The notes below the pieces were generated by a model. It was given only the letters and a program-made list of their open reading frames with translations, did not search any database and was not told where the DNA came from. Shown here piece by piece: positions 40,169 through 53,454 of a DNA stretch of 64,000 nucleotides. The position numbers and the translations under genes were made by a program. Position 1 is the first letter of the stretch. The number at the start of each line of letters is the position of its first letter. This DNA is from Octopus sinensis (lineage: Eukaryota): positions 105,772,001 to 105,836,000 of the forward strand of contig NC_042998.1 of the NCBI RefSeq assembly GCF_006345805.1, in the 5' to 3' direction.

Positions 40169-41508
40169 TTCCTCTTCTTTAAGGTGGTAGGTGGAATTTT
40201 AGATTCTACTTTTTTTTTCAGGCTGGGCAACTACTTAGAACCTCCTTCATAAGCTTATTCCTCCAGGATTTTGGTAAAATAAATGCAAAGCAAACATGGG
40301 AGACTAGTCAATCTACAATACATGTCTCTTACAAATTTTTAACCATATTCCAATTTAGAAACGAAATGATATTAATAATAACCTTTTACGAAATGACAAC
40401 TAAATGGTTATTTACCTTGAAACGATTGAACATGGCAACCTGGCACTCTTATTTTGGACAACACTCAATCAATTACCAGGAGGCAGTTCCATTATTCTAC
40501 AATATAATATGAAGCGAAACCAAATGAAAATGTCCAACATGTTTTTTATCTATATAATCATTTCATTTTCATTTTGCTGTTAAACTGATAAAAATTTTGA
40601 CTGATATGATCAATGCTTAGATTTTTACTTTTATTTACTTCTCTCCTCTCAATATCATGAGTTGACTGTTTCCTTCTTTTATTCTAATTTTTATTTATTC
40701 ATCATCACCATTATTATCATCATTGTTGTTGTTGCTGTTGTATTTTTTATTTACTTTATTTCAAGAACTTAATCTTATCAGTTAGTTTGACAACTCCTGT
40801 CCATTATCATAGTCACATTGAATGAAGACTAGGGAAGGTAAAAAATAAAAAATAATAATTAATAGATAAATAAATAAAAATTCGTTTTAAAGCAATTATG
40901 GTTTTAGAAACATAATAAAAGGAGAAAAAATATATATTTCAGAATAACATTACCACAACTAATAACAACAATAATAACATAGTCTATCTTCTTTTAACAG
41001 TGATGGTAAACTCAAGATATCAACTACAAATTGTTTCTTAATTTAATCAAAAGTAAATGAAGCAAAGTCAGTACCACTACCATTCCTGCTACTGCTGCTA
41101 CTACTACTACTACTAATACTACTTCTACTACTACAACTACTACATAATCATAGTAGTAGTTATGATGATGATGTTGGGGTGATGCTGGTGGTGATGACAA
41201 CAATGATGGCAGCGGCAGTGGCGGCAGTGGTGGTAGTGGTGCTGATGATGATGATGACTACAACAACAATAACGATGACAATGGTGATGACTAGCTACTA
41301 CTATTTCCTTTGCAGTTCTGGTTGAATGTCTATTCCTAAGTGTTTTTCATGAATATATAAATTTCCATGTATCATTTTTGTTTTTTTTTTTTAACTTCAT
41401 CACAAACCTTTGATAAAAATTCAAAGCGTTGTATTAATCTTTACATGATAAATTTAACATTAAATAAAATATATGATTTTAATTTATTGTTGTTACTATT
41501 CTTTTTAC

Positions 41509-41529
41509 CTATTATTATTATTATTATTA

Positions 41530-41615
<86 letters not shown>

Positions 41616-41636
41616 GCTATTATTATTATTGCAACT
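41509..41636. repeat. (TAT)n microsatellite
   Basis: Direct reading. Confidence 0.95.
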
Positions 41637-43085
41637 AATACTTTTAGTGCTTGTCATCTCTTTATGGATAACTGGAAACAAGACAAACTCAGAAAGCAAA
41701 AAAATATCTAAACAAAAAGTTAACAAAGAACTCAAGAAATATGAAGATAGAAAAAGTTTTCTTTTTTTATTACTTTTTAATCACCTATTTTATTTGGAAA
41801 ATTACAAAGACATTAAAAAGTATGTACAATATATAAGTAAAGCATAAATAAAATATAAATAAATTGTCTTCAGATTTTTTTCTTCTTATGTATTATCTGA
41901 CAAATGTGGTAATATGAAACAGAGTACAAACCTGTTGCTTTTAGAATTTATGAATATCTTAGCCTTCGTAAGTCTTCTCTTATAATTCCATACATATTTA
42001 GGATGTTTTATAGGAATATTATATCAGCTCCAGTATTTGCCTGGTGTTGTATTTTATCAACTTCAGTCATTCAGCCATATATATTTTTTTATTATTGATT
42101 TTTCAACTGTGTAGAAAACTCATGATGTATAGAGTAGTGGTAAAAATTCACTTGAATTAACCTCAATGTATTAATTTGGTGAGCTGGTGGCAGAATCGTT
42201 AGCATACTAGGCAAAATACTTAGCAGAATTTCATCCATCTTTATGTTCTTAGTTCAAATTCTGCAAAGTTGACTTTGCCTTTCATCCATTCATGGGTGGA
42301 TGAAACAAGTACCATTTGAGCACTGGAGTAAATGTAATTGGCTTACCACAACTTTGAAATTGCTGGCCTTGTGCCAAAATCTGAAACCAATATATTGCAG
42401 GTGCATTTTTGTCTACTTATCAAAAATGAACCCTGAGTGGTTTGACCACAGAAGAGAGAAATATGGAAATATTATAGATACACAAAGTTGTTTACTCAAA
42501 CAGTGTTCTGTCTTTGCATTGCTATTGATATTTCCAAGTCTGTTTTCCCATGCTTGCTTGGGTTGGATAGGTTTATTCCATACTTGCATCACTTCACTTA
42601 TTGCAGTCACTCAATACTTCCTTAGTGAAGTTCAGTGAACTGAAATCAGCATTCAATACATCTACCCATGTATTTCTCAGTATTCCTCTTTTACAGATTC
42701 CTTCCATTTGGTTTGCTTGTCACTTCTTTACACAACTGTCATTCCATATACATATGACATGTCTGTTCCAGTTCAGCTTTCTTATCACTTTATGTATTAT
42801 AATTAATGTTTGATCCTGTCTCATGGGCATAAAAGAAATTACAAAAATAGAAATTAATTTTAAATTAAATTTTATAATTTATACAAAAATATGACAACCA
42901 GAATCCATTACTGATGACACCTGTTCTTAAAGGATTATATCAAACCAACAGGATAGACTCCAAGATAATTGGCAATCTATTCTCATACTGATTTACAATT
43001 CAAAACCACTACATTGCTATTCTTAATGGCACTGGAAGTAATCCAATAGTATAGTCTTCCAAAGGAATTATTTTGTTATGTATAC

Positions 43086-43140
43086 CTTGTGTATTCAAAT
43101 TCTTGGCATTGGTAGATCTCCATCTTGTGACAAGACTTTC
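43086..43140 (-). other. Candidate 55-nt exon (ESLVTRWRSTNAKNLNTQ+G)
   Basis: ttttttgatgtttag| acceptor, AAG|GTATAC donor, open frame. Confidence 0.3.
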
Positions 43141-46100
43141 CTAAACATCAAAAAATAAATTCAAGTCATGTCTTATTCAAATGTGGGAAGAGATATTGTT
43201 ACAAACATGCCTCAAATGTAGAATACTTCATGACCAAATTTATCATCAGAGATGATTGATAAAACATATTAATGGCACACAAGAGAATACAACTAATTAC
43301 TTATTTACAGTTGTAATTAATTGAGACTGATATGGAAACCCATATCACAAGTTCTCTTTATTTATTTATTGCTTTCTAAATGATTTTGAGTTTGTGTCCT
43401 CACTTTGCTTGCTTTAATTAAGTATTGTAAAACAATGTTTTAACTTTCTTCATTCTGGGTATATCTTGATTAATTGAAATTATCATGCTTACCACATTAA
43501 ATATGCTAGTGCATACTTCACTAATTATTTTCCAAGTGAATGATATCTCAAGGTTATTTCCTCAATACTTTATGTTTAACCAGATCAGCATGTGTACATA
43601 GTTATATAACTATAGATAATTTTCTATCTTCTTTGACATGAATGACAATGCTTTGATGAAGAGGTCTAATAAAACCACATTTAGATTTAAAGTTGTTGAG
43701 TTAAGCAATGTTTACCTCTCCTAATATCAGATATATGTTAAAAGGTGTTATAGTTGAATAATGCTCAAATTCACTACAAACTAGTCGTAATCTGGCTGTG
43801 TTAACCATGTTAGTGCTTCAAACAAATTATTTAGCTAGATAGTTTTACACATTAAGCATTTGCATACAGATTTTTGGAGCAAAGTAAAGAGTACCCTTGT
43901 AAACACTAACCAATCAATAGTTTATGTCAGACTGCACCCTGAAAGCTATCAGGGTGGTATTGTGAAGTAAAGAGAATAATGTGTATTATATAATAGCAAT
44001 TTAACTAAGACACAGCTTGAACTTAATTCCATAATTCTTTCATATCGAAATATTTTTAGAAATTGAAAAATAAAGATTTCTGTTTTTTGCTATTTTTCCC
44101 TCTAAACATGTGACATCCAAAAGTTTTATTCTTTTGTCTTAGATACATTTTATGTATTTTTCCTAATAATACTAGCTTCTTTTTTCTTCATGTTGATATT
44201 GTTTTTTTATTGTTTCTTTTTTTGCTTTTGTTTCTCTTTTTTATCCATGGTAAACAGGAAATCAAATTCTGTCTTTATCTCCTACTGAAACAATATCTTA
44301 GTTTTGTTCTCTTGTTATGGATTGGACACTAAAGAACTGAAGAATTCATATAAAAGGAAGACTAAAGGAAATTAGAAGGAAGTGTATTGAAGCATATGTC
44401 TTTTTTAAAGCATTGTCACATACAAGAGAAAATAACAAGTCTTCTATCTTCAAAAAGTATTTTTAATTGATACAAGTGTCAGTCCAGCCAATCAAAATGT
44501 GGTTCTGGCAAACATTTGTTTATTTATATATTTATTCATTTATTATTCATTTGTTTTTGTACAATCTTTTAATGATTGTTTCAGATGGTTGACAACTTCT
44601 CACTCAAAATATTCTGTTCAAAGTCTTGTAGTAAAAGAAATTCTGTTTCAGTTCCGACAGTTTATGATCCTTGACTTTGTTCTGGAGGAGGTCAGAGATG
44701 ACTGGAAAACACAAAAAAGGGCCATTTGACAGTATTACCAGTTAAAGGCACAGTCTTCAACAAAAATCAAAAACACAATCCTCAAATAAACAAAAAAAAA
44801 GACAATGCTAATTAGGTAATGGTATTTTTATAATTGACAGGAGGCTACAGATTTCTATGAATGGAATATATTTCATTGAATTGATCTCACTTTGCCAACT
44901 TGATGAAATGAAGGCAAAGTGCACCTTTTCTGGAATAGAGTGAGATGAAATTAAGCATTGATAAGTAACAATGGCACATCAACTGATGCATTATTTTACT
45001 GACTTTGGAAAAATGAAAGTCAGAATTGACATCAAAGGGATTTAGAACTTAAAACATAAAGAAGCATAATCACAGTTAAATATCACAAGTCATCTTTTCA
45101 AATATTCTACTTTTTACCAAGCAAACAAGAAAAGTAGATATTGTATAGCATTTAGCACAGTATTTGTTTCTAGCAATTGCTACCCTACCACAGTTTTTCA
45201 AAGCATGGGGCCACGTAAAATGCATCATCCAAATGTGGTCGATGCCAGTTCCCCCTGACTGGCTCCCGTGCCAGTGGCATGTAAAAAGCATTATCTGAAC
45301 ATGATTGATGCCAGGCCCACCTGACTGGCTTCTGTGCCGGTGGCATGTAAAAAGCACCCACTACACTCTCAGAGTGGTTAGTGTTAGGAAGGGCATCCAG
45401 TTGTAGAAACATTGTCAGATCAGATTGGAGCCTGGTGCAGCTGCTGGCTTTCCAGGCCTCAGTCAAACCGCTCAACCCATACCAGTATGGAAAACGGACG
45501 TTAAACAATGATGATGATGATGATGATGAAGACTATGAATTTGTAAAGGAGAAATACACTATTAGCCAGAATCAATTTTGATTGTTTTTATTCTCTGGAA
45601 TCTGTGGAAATGATAGAAAAACCTCAGTATTTGAGCTCAGTTCAAAGAATTTTATAATTGAACACCAAATAGTTTTTGATGTTCCATCATTTCTGCAACT
45701 AAATTTTCCAATTAATAATTATATTGATGATGATGATAATCAGTTGGCAGCTAAGTCAACTCAGCAACATGCCAGTACTTCAATGTGAAAACAAATGAGA
45801 AGTGATATAAGCATGTATCAAACACCAATGACCTGGACACAATCATCGGGGACATGCTGTTAGGACTGACAAGGTGATTAATATGGGTAGTAGACTGAAT
45901 CTGCCAATCGATTCAACTGCATCATCTCAACCTTGGGTCACTTTAGCAGAGACTACACTTTTGTAAGCATTTGGGTTAGGTTTCTGATCTAAGAATGTAT
46001 TCCTCCTTTCCTCTCAACAAGCTCAGAAGCTGTAAAAAGGAATCATGGATGCCGCTTTAATTCTCCTGATTAAGCATTAAAAGAAAGGAAGGAGGTAAAA

Positions 46101-46682
46101 CATCTCTATCATATTATAAAGCTCTTAAAATTGAAATGAGAGATGAAAACAAAAAAATAAAAAATACCAATTATAACTGGAACACTATGATAAAAGAGAA
46201 CCTGAATAAAATCAGACAAACCATACAAGGGCCTTACAACTTTAGAGATAAAATAAAGAATATCACTTTAGGGCATAGTTCACAGTTTTAATTCAGTAAC
46301 ACAACTTACACATTATACTCTCTGTGCGACATACACAGCCCATACTCTATACAATCATCACCAAGTATTATAACTCAAATTCAACAGAATCCCCACCTTG
46401 TAATATAACAGCTCGAATTGTATATGCTCTATACAATTGTCACCTAATCAACTAACACAACACACATGTAAAAGATCAATGTTTGATATTAAAATACTGA
46501 GAAGCTACACAACTTTCTGTTTACACGATGACAATCCAGTATATAACACATCCCACACAACTCACACAGAACATACTAAAACACATAATACTAATATCAC
46601 ACAGCACTTAGAAAACAGTCATCATTCAACAGAATAACACAACTTGCATACTATACAAAAGAAATATACTACACAAAAGAAA

Positions 46683-47239
46683 TACAGTAATGCCTTGATA
46701 TACAAGTTAATCTGTTCCTGGAGACTGCTGGTAAAGTGAAAACTCATAAAGCAGAGCGATAATTTCCCATGGTTTCAATGTTATAAATCATAATTTGCTC
46801 CCAGAAAAATATTTTACCTGTAAAATTTATAATACTCATGAATAAATGGTAATAAAACAACAGTAGAATATAAAGAATATTCTATGTAAAGTAAAAAGGA
46901 TGTCAAGATCATTTATAATAAAAAAAATATTATTATCATAATCGTTTTCTGAATCACTTTCACTCACTCTAGACTCACACATACCATCACTTGTAGACAT
47001 GATTGTCAATTCACAGGCACTCATAGACGGACTTGTAGATTTCTTTTCAAATACAAGTCTAGGGTTGTTTGCTTAGTTTTTTTGCTCTCAGTAAATTTCT
47101 CAGTAACATGCAGAAGCATTTGTTATAGTAGCAGAAACTTTTGCATTTCGTTCAGAATTTGGAGCCTGTACTTGAAAAATAAAACTTGTAAACCTGGGGT
47201 CTGGTAAAGTGGATCCTTGTAAAGTGAGGCATTACTGTA
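46683..47239. mobile_element. pogo/Tigger-type non-autonomous element
   Basis: TA + cagtaatgccttgatatacaag ... cttgtaaagtgaggcattactg + TA. Confidence 0.75.
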
Positions 47240-48184
47240 TATAACACACTAAAATAACACAAGAATCAATAAAACAAATCCTCTCAACAAAGTAAACATG
47301 ATGTATTGATAGTATACAAACCATTCTGTATCCACTAAAGACATCATTACACACAGCTTGAGAGCATGAGTGAGCACACTTCATTAAATTGAAACTAATT
47401 TGTAAATGTTGAAAACATGATAATGATAATCCTTTCTACTATTGGCACGAGGCCTGAAATTTTGGGGCAAGGAGTTAGTCAATTACATTGACTCCTGTAC
47501 TTGACTGGTACTTTATCTTATCAACCCCAAAAGGAAAAAGGCAAAGACAACCTTTGCAGAACTTGAACTCAGAGAGTAAAAGCTAGAAGAAATGTCACTA
47601 AGCATTTTGTCCAGTATGGTAACAATTCTGCCATTAAACATGATAATAATGGTACACCATCGGTTATGACGACAAATGTACCAGTTGATCCAATCAAATT
47701 AACGTGCAAGTGACTGAGTACTCCATAGACATGTATACCCTTAACATAGTTCTCAGGGAAATTTGGCATGACACAGAATGTGACAAGGCCAGCTCTTTGA
47801 ATTACTGGTACAGCTCATTTTTGCAAGATGAGTGGACTGGAGCAACATGAAATAAAGTGTCTTGCTCAAAGACACAATGCCCCACCAGGAACTGAAATCA
47901 CAAGGTTACAATCATGACCCAATTATCTTGACCACTAAGCCTTCACTTAAACATAATAAAAATTATAATAATAATAATAATAATAATGATGATTTTGCCA
48001 CAAGGGCAGAAATTTTTGGTGGGAGGAGATAAGTCAATTTCATCAACCCCAAAAGGAAGAAAGGCAAAGTCAACCTTGGCGGAATTTGAACTCAGAATGT
48101 AGTGAAGGACAAAATACTGCTAAGCATTTCATTCAGTGTGCTAACAATTACTGCCAGCCCACCGCCTTAATAATAATGATGAGC

Positions 48185-48226
<42 letters not shown>

Positions 48227-48235
48227 TTAATAATA

Positions 48236-48925
48236 ATTTCAGGGTGTAGAGTCTTAGCACCTGTAGAATATAAAGCAAGACATGACAGAGCCGGCCAGTA
48301 TTTACATTGGACAATATGTCAGCATTATAAAATCAAAACCGCTGACAAATGGTATAAACACCATCCTGAAGCTGTGACTGAGACAGAAAATGTGTCGATT
48401 CTCTGGCACTTCCCCGTACATACCAACAAAGCTATAAAAGCCAATATACCAGATATTATTATAAATGATCAGACAAAAAAGGTGTGTTTATTAATTCACA
48501 TGAGTATTCCTTGCGATCACAATATAGCAGCGAAAGAATTCGACAAGATCAGTAAATATAAAGACTTGCTAATATAAATTGAAAAAATGTGGCATCTCAA
48601 GGCGACTACAGTACCAGTGATTGTAGGATCTCTAGGAATTATAAAAAAAGGTACTGAAACCTATTTGAAAATGATACCAGGCTTACCATCCCTACAGGAA
48701 ATACAAAAAATCATGTTAACTGGAACGACTCATGCACTGAGAAGAGCATTATCGCTGTGAAAACAACATCCATTCATGAATTTATTTATTTATTAATTTT
48801 TTTAAATACATATTTTACCAGTGAATTTGCGTATATAATCTGGGAATGCATACAATGAGCGTTTCTGCCCTGGGTGTACGGAAAACATTCGATGAGAAAT
48901 GGAAGAAAATTTGAAGAAAGAAAAA
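48236..48925 (+). mobile_element. 5'-truncated R4/Dong-like LINE (REL endonuclease and 3' UTR) inserted in (TAA)n
   Basis: RHDRAGQYLHW, ILWHFPVHTNKAIKANIPDIII, MSIPCDHNIAAKEFDKISKYKDL, VPVIVGSLG; one internal stop; (TAA)n on both flanks. Confidence 0.9.
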
Positions 48926-50004
48926 AAAATAATAATAATAATAATAATAATAATATGCTGATGATGATGTTGATGATAATAATTGTTGCTCACACCCCAG
49001 CAACAAGTAGGTGAATCAGGTGATGCAGTAGAAATTTACCTGAAACTACCAAATGCTGAATAATAATGGTTATTATAATAACAATTGTTTTATGAAAGTC
49101 ATAAAGTGAAAATTTTTCAGGGTCAATTTTAGTTGATTAAATCAATCTTAGTATTTGACTAGTAAGTTATTTTATCAACCCTGGAGGGATGAAAAGCAAA
49201 GTTGATTGTGACAGGATTTGTACTCAAAGTGTAAACGGCCAGAAGAAATAACACAAGGCATTTTTAACAACTCTCAAACAATTTAGCCAATTCCCTGCCC
49301 TTTAAAATAAATGTTTTCCACATATGCATAAAGCCATCTTTTTATTTATTTTTAAGGGATCGGTTAATTAGTTACATTGGCCCTTGAACTTGACAGGTAC
49401 TTGATTTTATCAATCCTGTAGGCATGAAGGGCAAAGTTTATTGCAGTTGAATTACAACTCAGAATGAGAAGAACCGGGACAAATACTTCAATGCATTTTG
49501 TCTGACATGCTAATGATCCTACCCAATTCTTTCTTGCAAAAGCACAAGGCTAGGAATTTTCACCGGAGAGGCTTAATAAATTAAATCAGCCATAGTGTTT
49601 GACTGATACTTTATTTATCAATGCCAGAGGAATGAAAGGCAAAGATGACTAAGTGGTATTTCAACTTGTAACATAAAAAAGCTAGAACGAATACTGCAAG
49701 GCATTTCTGCAATGCTCTTATGATTCTGTTATTAAAAAGCAAAAATTGATGATGTTGTTTTGTCTATAAAGGAACACAAGATATTCCTGTTCATATTTTG
49801 AATTCCTATATTTCTGCAATCTTTATATTCTTTTCATTTTGAGCCTGAGGAAGAAAGAAACTGTTGAAATATTGTTCAATTCAATAAACAATTCAGTTCA
49901 ATAAAATATCTGTTATAAATCGCCTTAAACTCTTTTTATTGCTTATTTACCTTTGTAAAGAGTTGTATCATTTTTCATAAACTAATATAAATAATAACAA
50001 TAAT

Positions 50005-50195
50005 AAAATACCAGGACCTTGCCATCAAGTTACAGAGGCTATGGAAAGTATGGGTAAAAATGTATCCCTGTAGTTACAGGTGTATTAGGAACTATCCCTA
50101 AAGATTTCAGTAGCTGGATAGAGTAAATAAGCATAAAACTAGTTTAGTGCAGCTCCAGGAAACTGTAATTAGGGGCAGCTAGGATACTTAAGAAA
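50005..50195 (+). mobile_element. REL-LINE 3' terminal fragment
   Basis: KYQDLAIKLQRLWKV...PVVTGVLGTIPK. Confidence 0.7.
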
Positions 50196-50512
50196 GTTCT
50201 AGCATGTAAGGTTACTTATTGTAGCCTGATGTTTGGAATTTTTCTTTTCCAACAGTTTAATCTGTTGTACATATATGAAATAATAACAATGATAATAATC
50301 GTCTAAAATTTTGGTACAGGGTAAACAATTGGCGAGAAGATCATCAATTACATTGACCCCATTGCTTGACTGGTTCTTTATATTATCGACTTCAAAAAAT
50401 GAATGGCAAAGAAGTTTCCAAGGAATTTTTGATCTTGGAATACGAAGAACAAGAAGAAATGCTACTAAACATTTCGTCCAAAATGCTAACAATTATGCCA
50501 ACTCACCACCTT

Positions 50513-50537
50513 ACTACTACTACTACTACTACTACTG

Positions 50538-50603
<66 letters not shown>

Positions 50604-50802
50604 TTGTTATTATTATCATCATTGCTATCATTATTATTTTATTATTACTATTATCATCTTTACTATTGTTATTTTTATTATTGAGTGAAAGAGCAGCACA
50701 CATCATCAAAGTGACGCTGGGGTCACTAGCATAGCTAGAGTGTGTACTGCCCGGGATAATAATAATAATAATGATAATAATGATAATAATAATAATATAA
50801 TG

Positions 50803-50852
<50 letters not shown>

Positions 50853-50862
50853 TATAATAATG

Positions 50863-50917
<55 letters not shown>
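50513..50917. repeat. (TAC)n/(TAT)n tract and (AAT)n tract of opposite polarity separated by ~75 bp
   Basis: Direct reading. Confidence 0.9.
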
Positions 50918-50919
<2 letters not shown>

Positions 50920-51486
50920 GCCCTGATGCAGTAACAGGCACTGGCTCTCAAGGCTTCTGATCTTAACTGATTGGAAGTGTTATCATGTACATTGGTTTGT
51001 CTTGGTATAAAAGATGGGCTACAGCAAATATTCTGCTCAATACCACAGATTTGCTTGTCACTTGTTTGACCATAACCAGTTGAGTATGTCCCTTAGTGGC
51101 TGACGATATGTGCATCTCTGATCATGAGCAGAAGTAGTGGGGGAGCATCACAGCCATGTGTTGAAAGGGATTCTTTGGGGTTTGAATAATTCACCTCTGG
51201 AAACATGGGTGTTTCGTTCAACATCCTTAAACAACCCTTATTCAGGGATCTTTTGAGCGGGATGGGTTACTCGACCAGAAGAAAATTCTACCTGGGCCTT
51301 CCCTGCAAGGTCATGTGCTGTTTATCTTGATGTGAGATCACCATGTCACGCACATATGGTTGTGATGCATGTGCCTAGTGTACCCTTATCATGTGCCTAG
51401 TGTACCCTAGTCATGATGGGTATACTGGGCTTCGTATATTTTACCTCAGTGTCATTTTGATGGCATGCACTGCTCTCTCACTCAAT
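50918..51486. mobile_element. ~570-bp non-coding element embedded in (TAA)n; orientation uncertain
   Basis: GC-richer island with sharp (TAA)n boundaries; one end is also present inverted at 50680-50723; internal duplication of catgtgcctagtgtaccct. Confidence 0.6.
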
Positions 51487-51509
51487 AATAACAATAATGA
51501 TAATAATTT

Positions 51510-51955
51510 GGAGACTATGGGAATAGAGAGAGGTAAGACGTAGTATGAGCACAAACCATAGGGAGTGGTAGAGTTGGAGACCAGCAAAATCCTCTGGGAT
51601 TTTCCAATCCAAACTTGTCAGGTGCTAGAGCACAAGTCAGATCATTGGTGGTGGATAAGATGCACCACATGTGCTATATAGTTGATGTAGCATGCCTCTT
51701 TGACCCATGAATAGTCAAGAAGGAAGGCACAAAAACAAATATATACAACCCTCTTAGGTACAAAATAGCCAAGCTTTGAAAAATGAAAAAGATGAAGATA
51801 GTGCCAATTATTGTTGGGTCCTTAGGACAGTTTTAGAAGGCATCAGGAAGAATATAAAGGAAATTGGAATAGAGTGCCCAGTAAAACTGTTATAAAGGAT
51901 TTGCCTCCTTGGCACAGCCAGAATAATCAGGAAAGTATTAGATAGTAGAAATGAA
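51510..51955 (+). mobile_element. Second REL-LINE 3' fragment (different subfamily); a further fragment lies at ~52110-52290
   Basis: EHKP*GVVELETSKILWDFPIQT...VPIIVGSLG. Confidence 0.75.
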
Positions 51956-52949
51956 TAGATAGTATGGCACTGTAGGCTGCAGGTAGCAAGCCTGCTATGC
52001 ATGCAAGACTCCAGGAGTTCCAACGAAACCTGAGTTACAAAGAAAAAAAATAATAATAATAATTATCAACTATCAGTCTCAACAGATGATAATTTATCTC
52101 TAAAAGAAATGTAAAAAATATCCAAATATAAAGATACGGCAATAGAGCTAATAGTGGCTAAAAGGAAAAACATTCCTGTGATAACTGGTGCTTTGGGAAT
52201 GGTTAAAAAGTTACTTTTGCATATTCAAGTACACTGAATAGCTGACATGTCTAAAACCATGAAGAAAATGTCTGAAACAATTTTGTAAAATAACTTAACA
52301 TCTGATCAACTATGCAATGCTTTAGCAGAAAAATAATTAAATATTACACATTCTTCTTTTATTCCAAACTAAATCTATTGAGTTTGGAATAGGTAGTGAA
52401 ACCAATCACTAGTACAGGGCATGATAACTCTGCTTGACTTAAATCCTTGGCTCTGCTGGCTCCATCTGAAAGTGCATGGTATGGGCCTCTATTTAGGGTT
52501 ACAGGGCCTCAGCTGTGGGTAAATAGTCTAGCTACCCAGTGAGTCAATTGCTAAGGAGTAAACCTTATAAAAAAAACTATGTGATCTGGTATTTACTTGA
52601 CAATATTCCAGCAACTCCTGCAGCCAAAATGATGCCACTTATCTGCACTTCATTGAACCACATCAGTTAGGATGAAAAGGAGAGAGTATTCTAATGTCTG
52701 GTTTACCCAGGATCACCATACAACTAGCCCAAGCTTGCATCTTGAAGAGGTAACTTGAATATTACTGTGGAAAACATGTGCAACAGCTTAGGTGGAAATA
52801 CAGATATAACAAAAAGCATCTGGCCACAGAAAAATTTGCCTAAAAACTTTTGTCTCAGCCATGGCAGTTAGGAAAATAACTGACATAAACCCAATGATGA
52901 GGATACTGCTAATAATACATATTCATATATATATATATTTATATATATA

Positions 52950-52980
<31 letters not shown>

Positions 52981-53048
52981 TGGTAAAACGGTAAGATAAC
53001 AAAAGAAAGAAAGAGACCTCAATATTGTGTAAATAGAGGAAATTTATC

Positions 53049-53235
53049 TATAAAATAATATGTTACATTACTCGATAGTCAAGATAAAACTCTGAGTTTC
53101 AGATGCCAAAGTGAGAATCCACGCCGCCATCTCTTCGGTTATCTGGCTACGTGATGGCGGCGTGGATTCCCACTTCGGCATCTGAAACTCAGAGTTTTAT
53201 CTTGACTATCGAGTAATGTAACATATTATTTTATA
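53049..53235. repeat. Near-perfect foldback: 83-bp arms, 21-nt loop
   Basis: Arms 53049-53131 and 53153-53235 match at 81/83 positions. Confidence 0.95.
53083..53143 (-). ncRNA. Degenerate hammerhead-like motif spanning left arm and loop
   Basis: gataa-CCGAAGA-gatg...catc-t-GAAAC-tcaga-GTT-ttatc; U4 replaced by C and an extra U before GAAA. Confidence 0.35.
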
Positions 53236-53242
53236 TATATAT

Positions 53243-53454
53243 AATTGCAGCGTGGAAGGTATTTGTAAGCTATTTAAGAAACACAAAAACCATTAGATTC
53301 ACTTCAGAGATGTAGCACAGAATTTTGTTAGTGAATAGGTCGTGGCCTCAAAGCAACGAAAAAATTTTAACAAATTAAATTTAAATGTTGAAGTGAATCT
53401 AACAGTTTTTGTGTGTTTCTTAATTGGCTTATAAACACCTTCCACACTGCAATT
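53243..53454. repeat. Second, more diverged inverted repeat (~65-bp arms, ~82-nt spacer)
   Basis: 53243-53306 versus the reverse complement of 53389-53454. Confidence 0.85.

Noticed and set aside
48086-48577. 163-aa ORF as a cellular gene
   Set aside because: Poly-I from (TAA)n fused to a LINE REL endonuclease fragment.
49838-49885. CTGAGGA...GAAAC possible decayed pseudo-LTR hammerhead
   Set aside because: Helices cannot be formed consistently; at best a relic.
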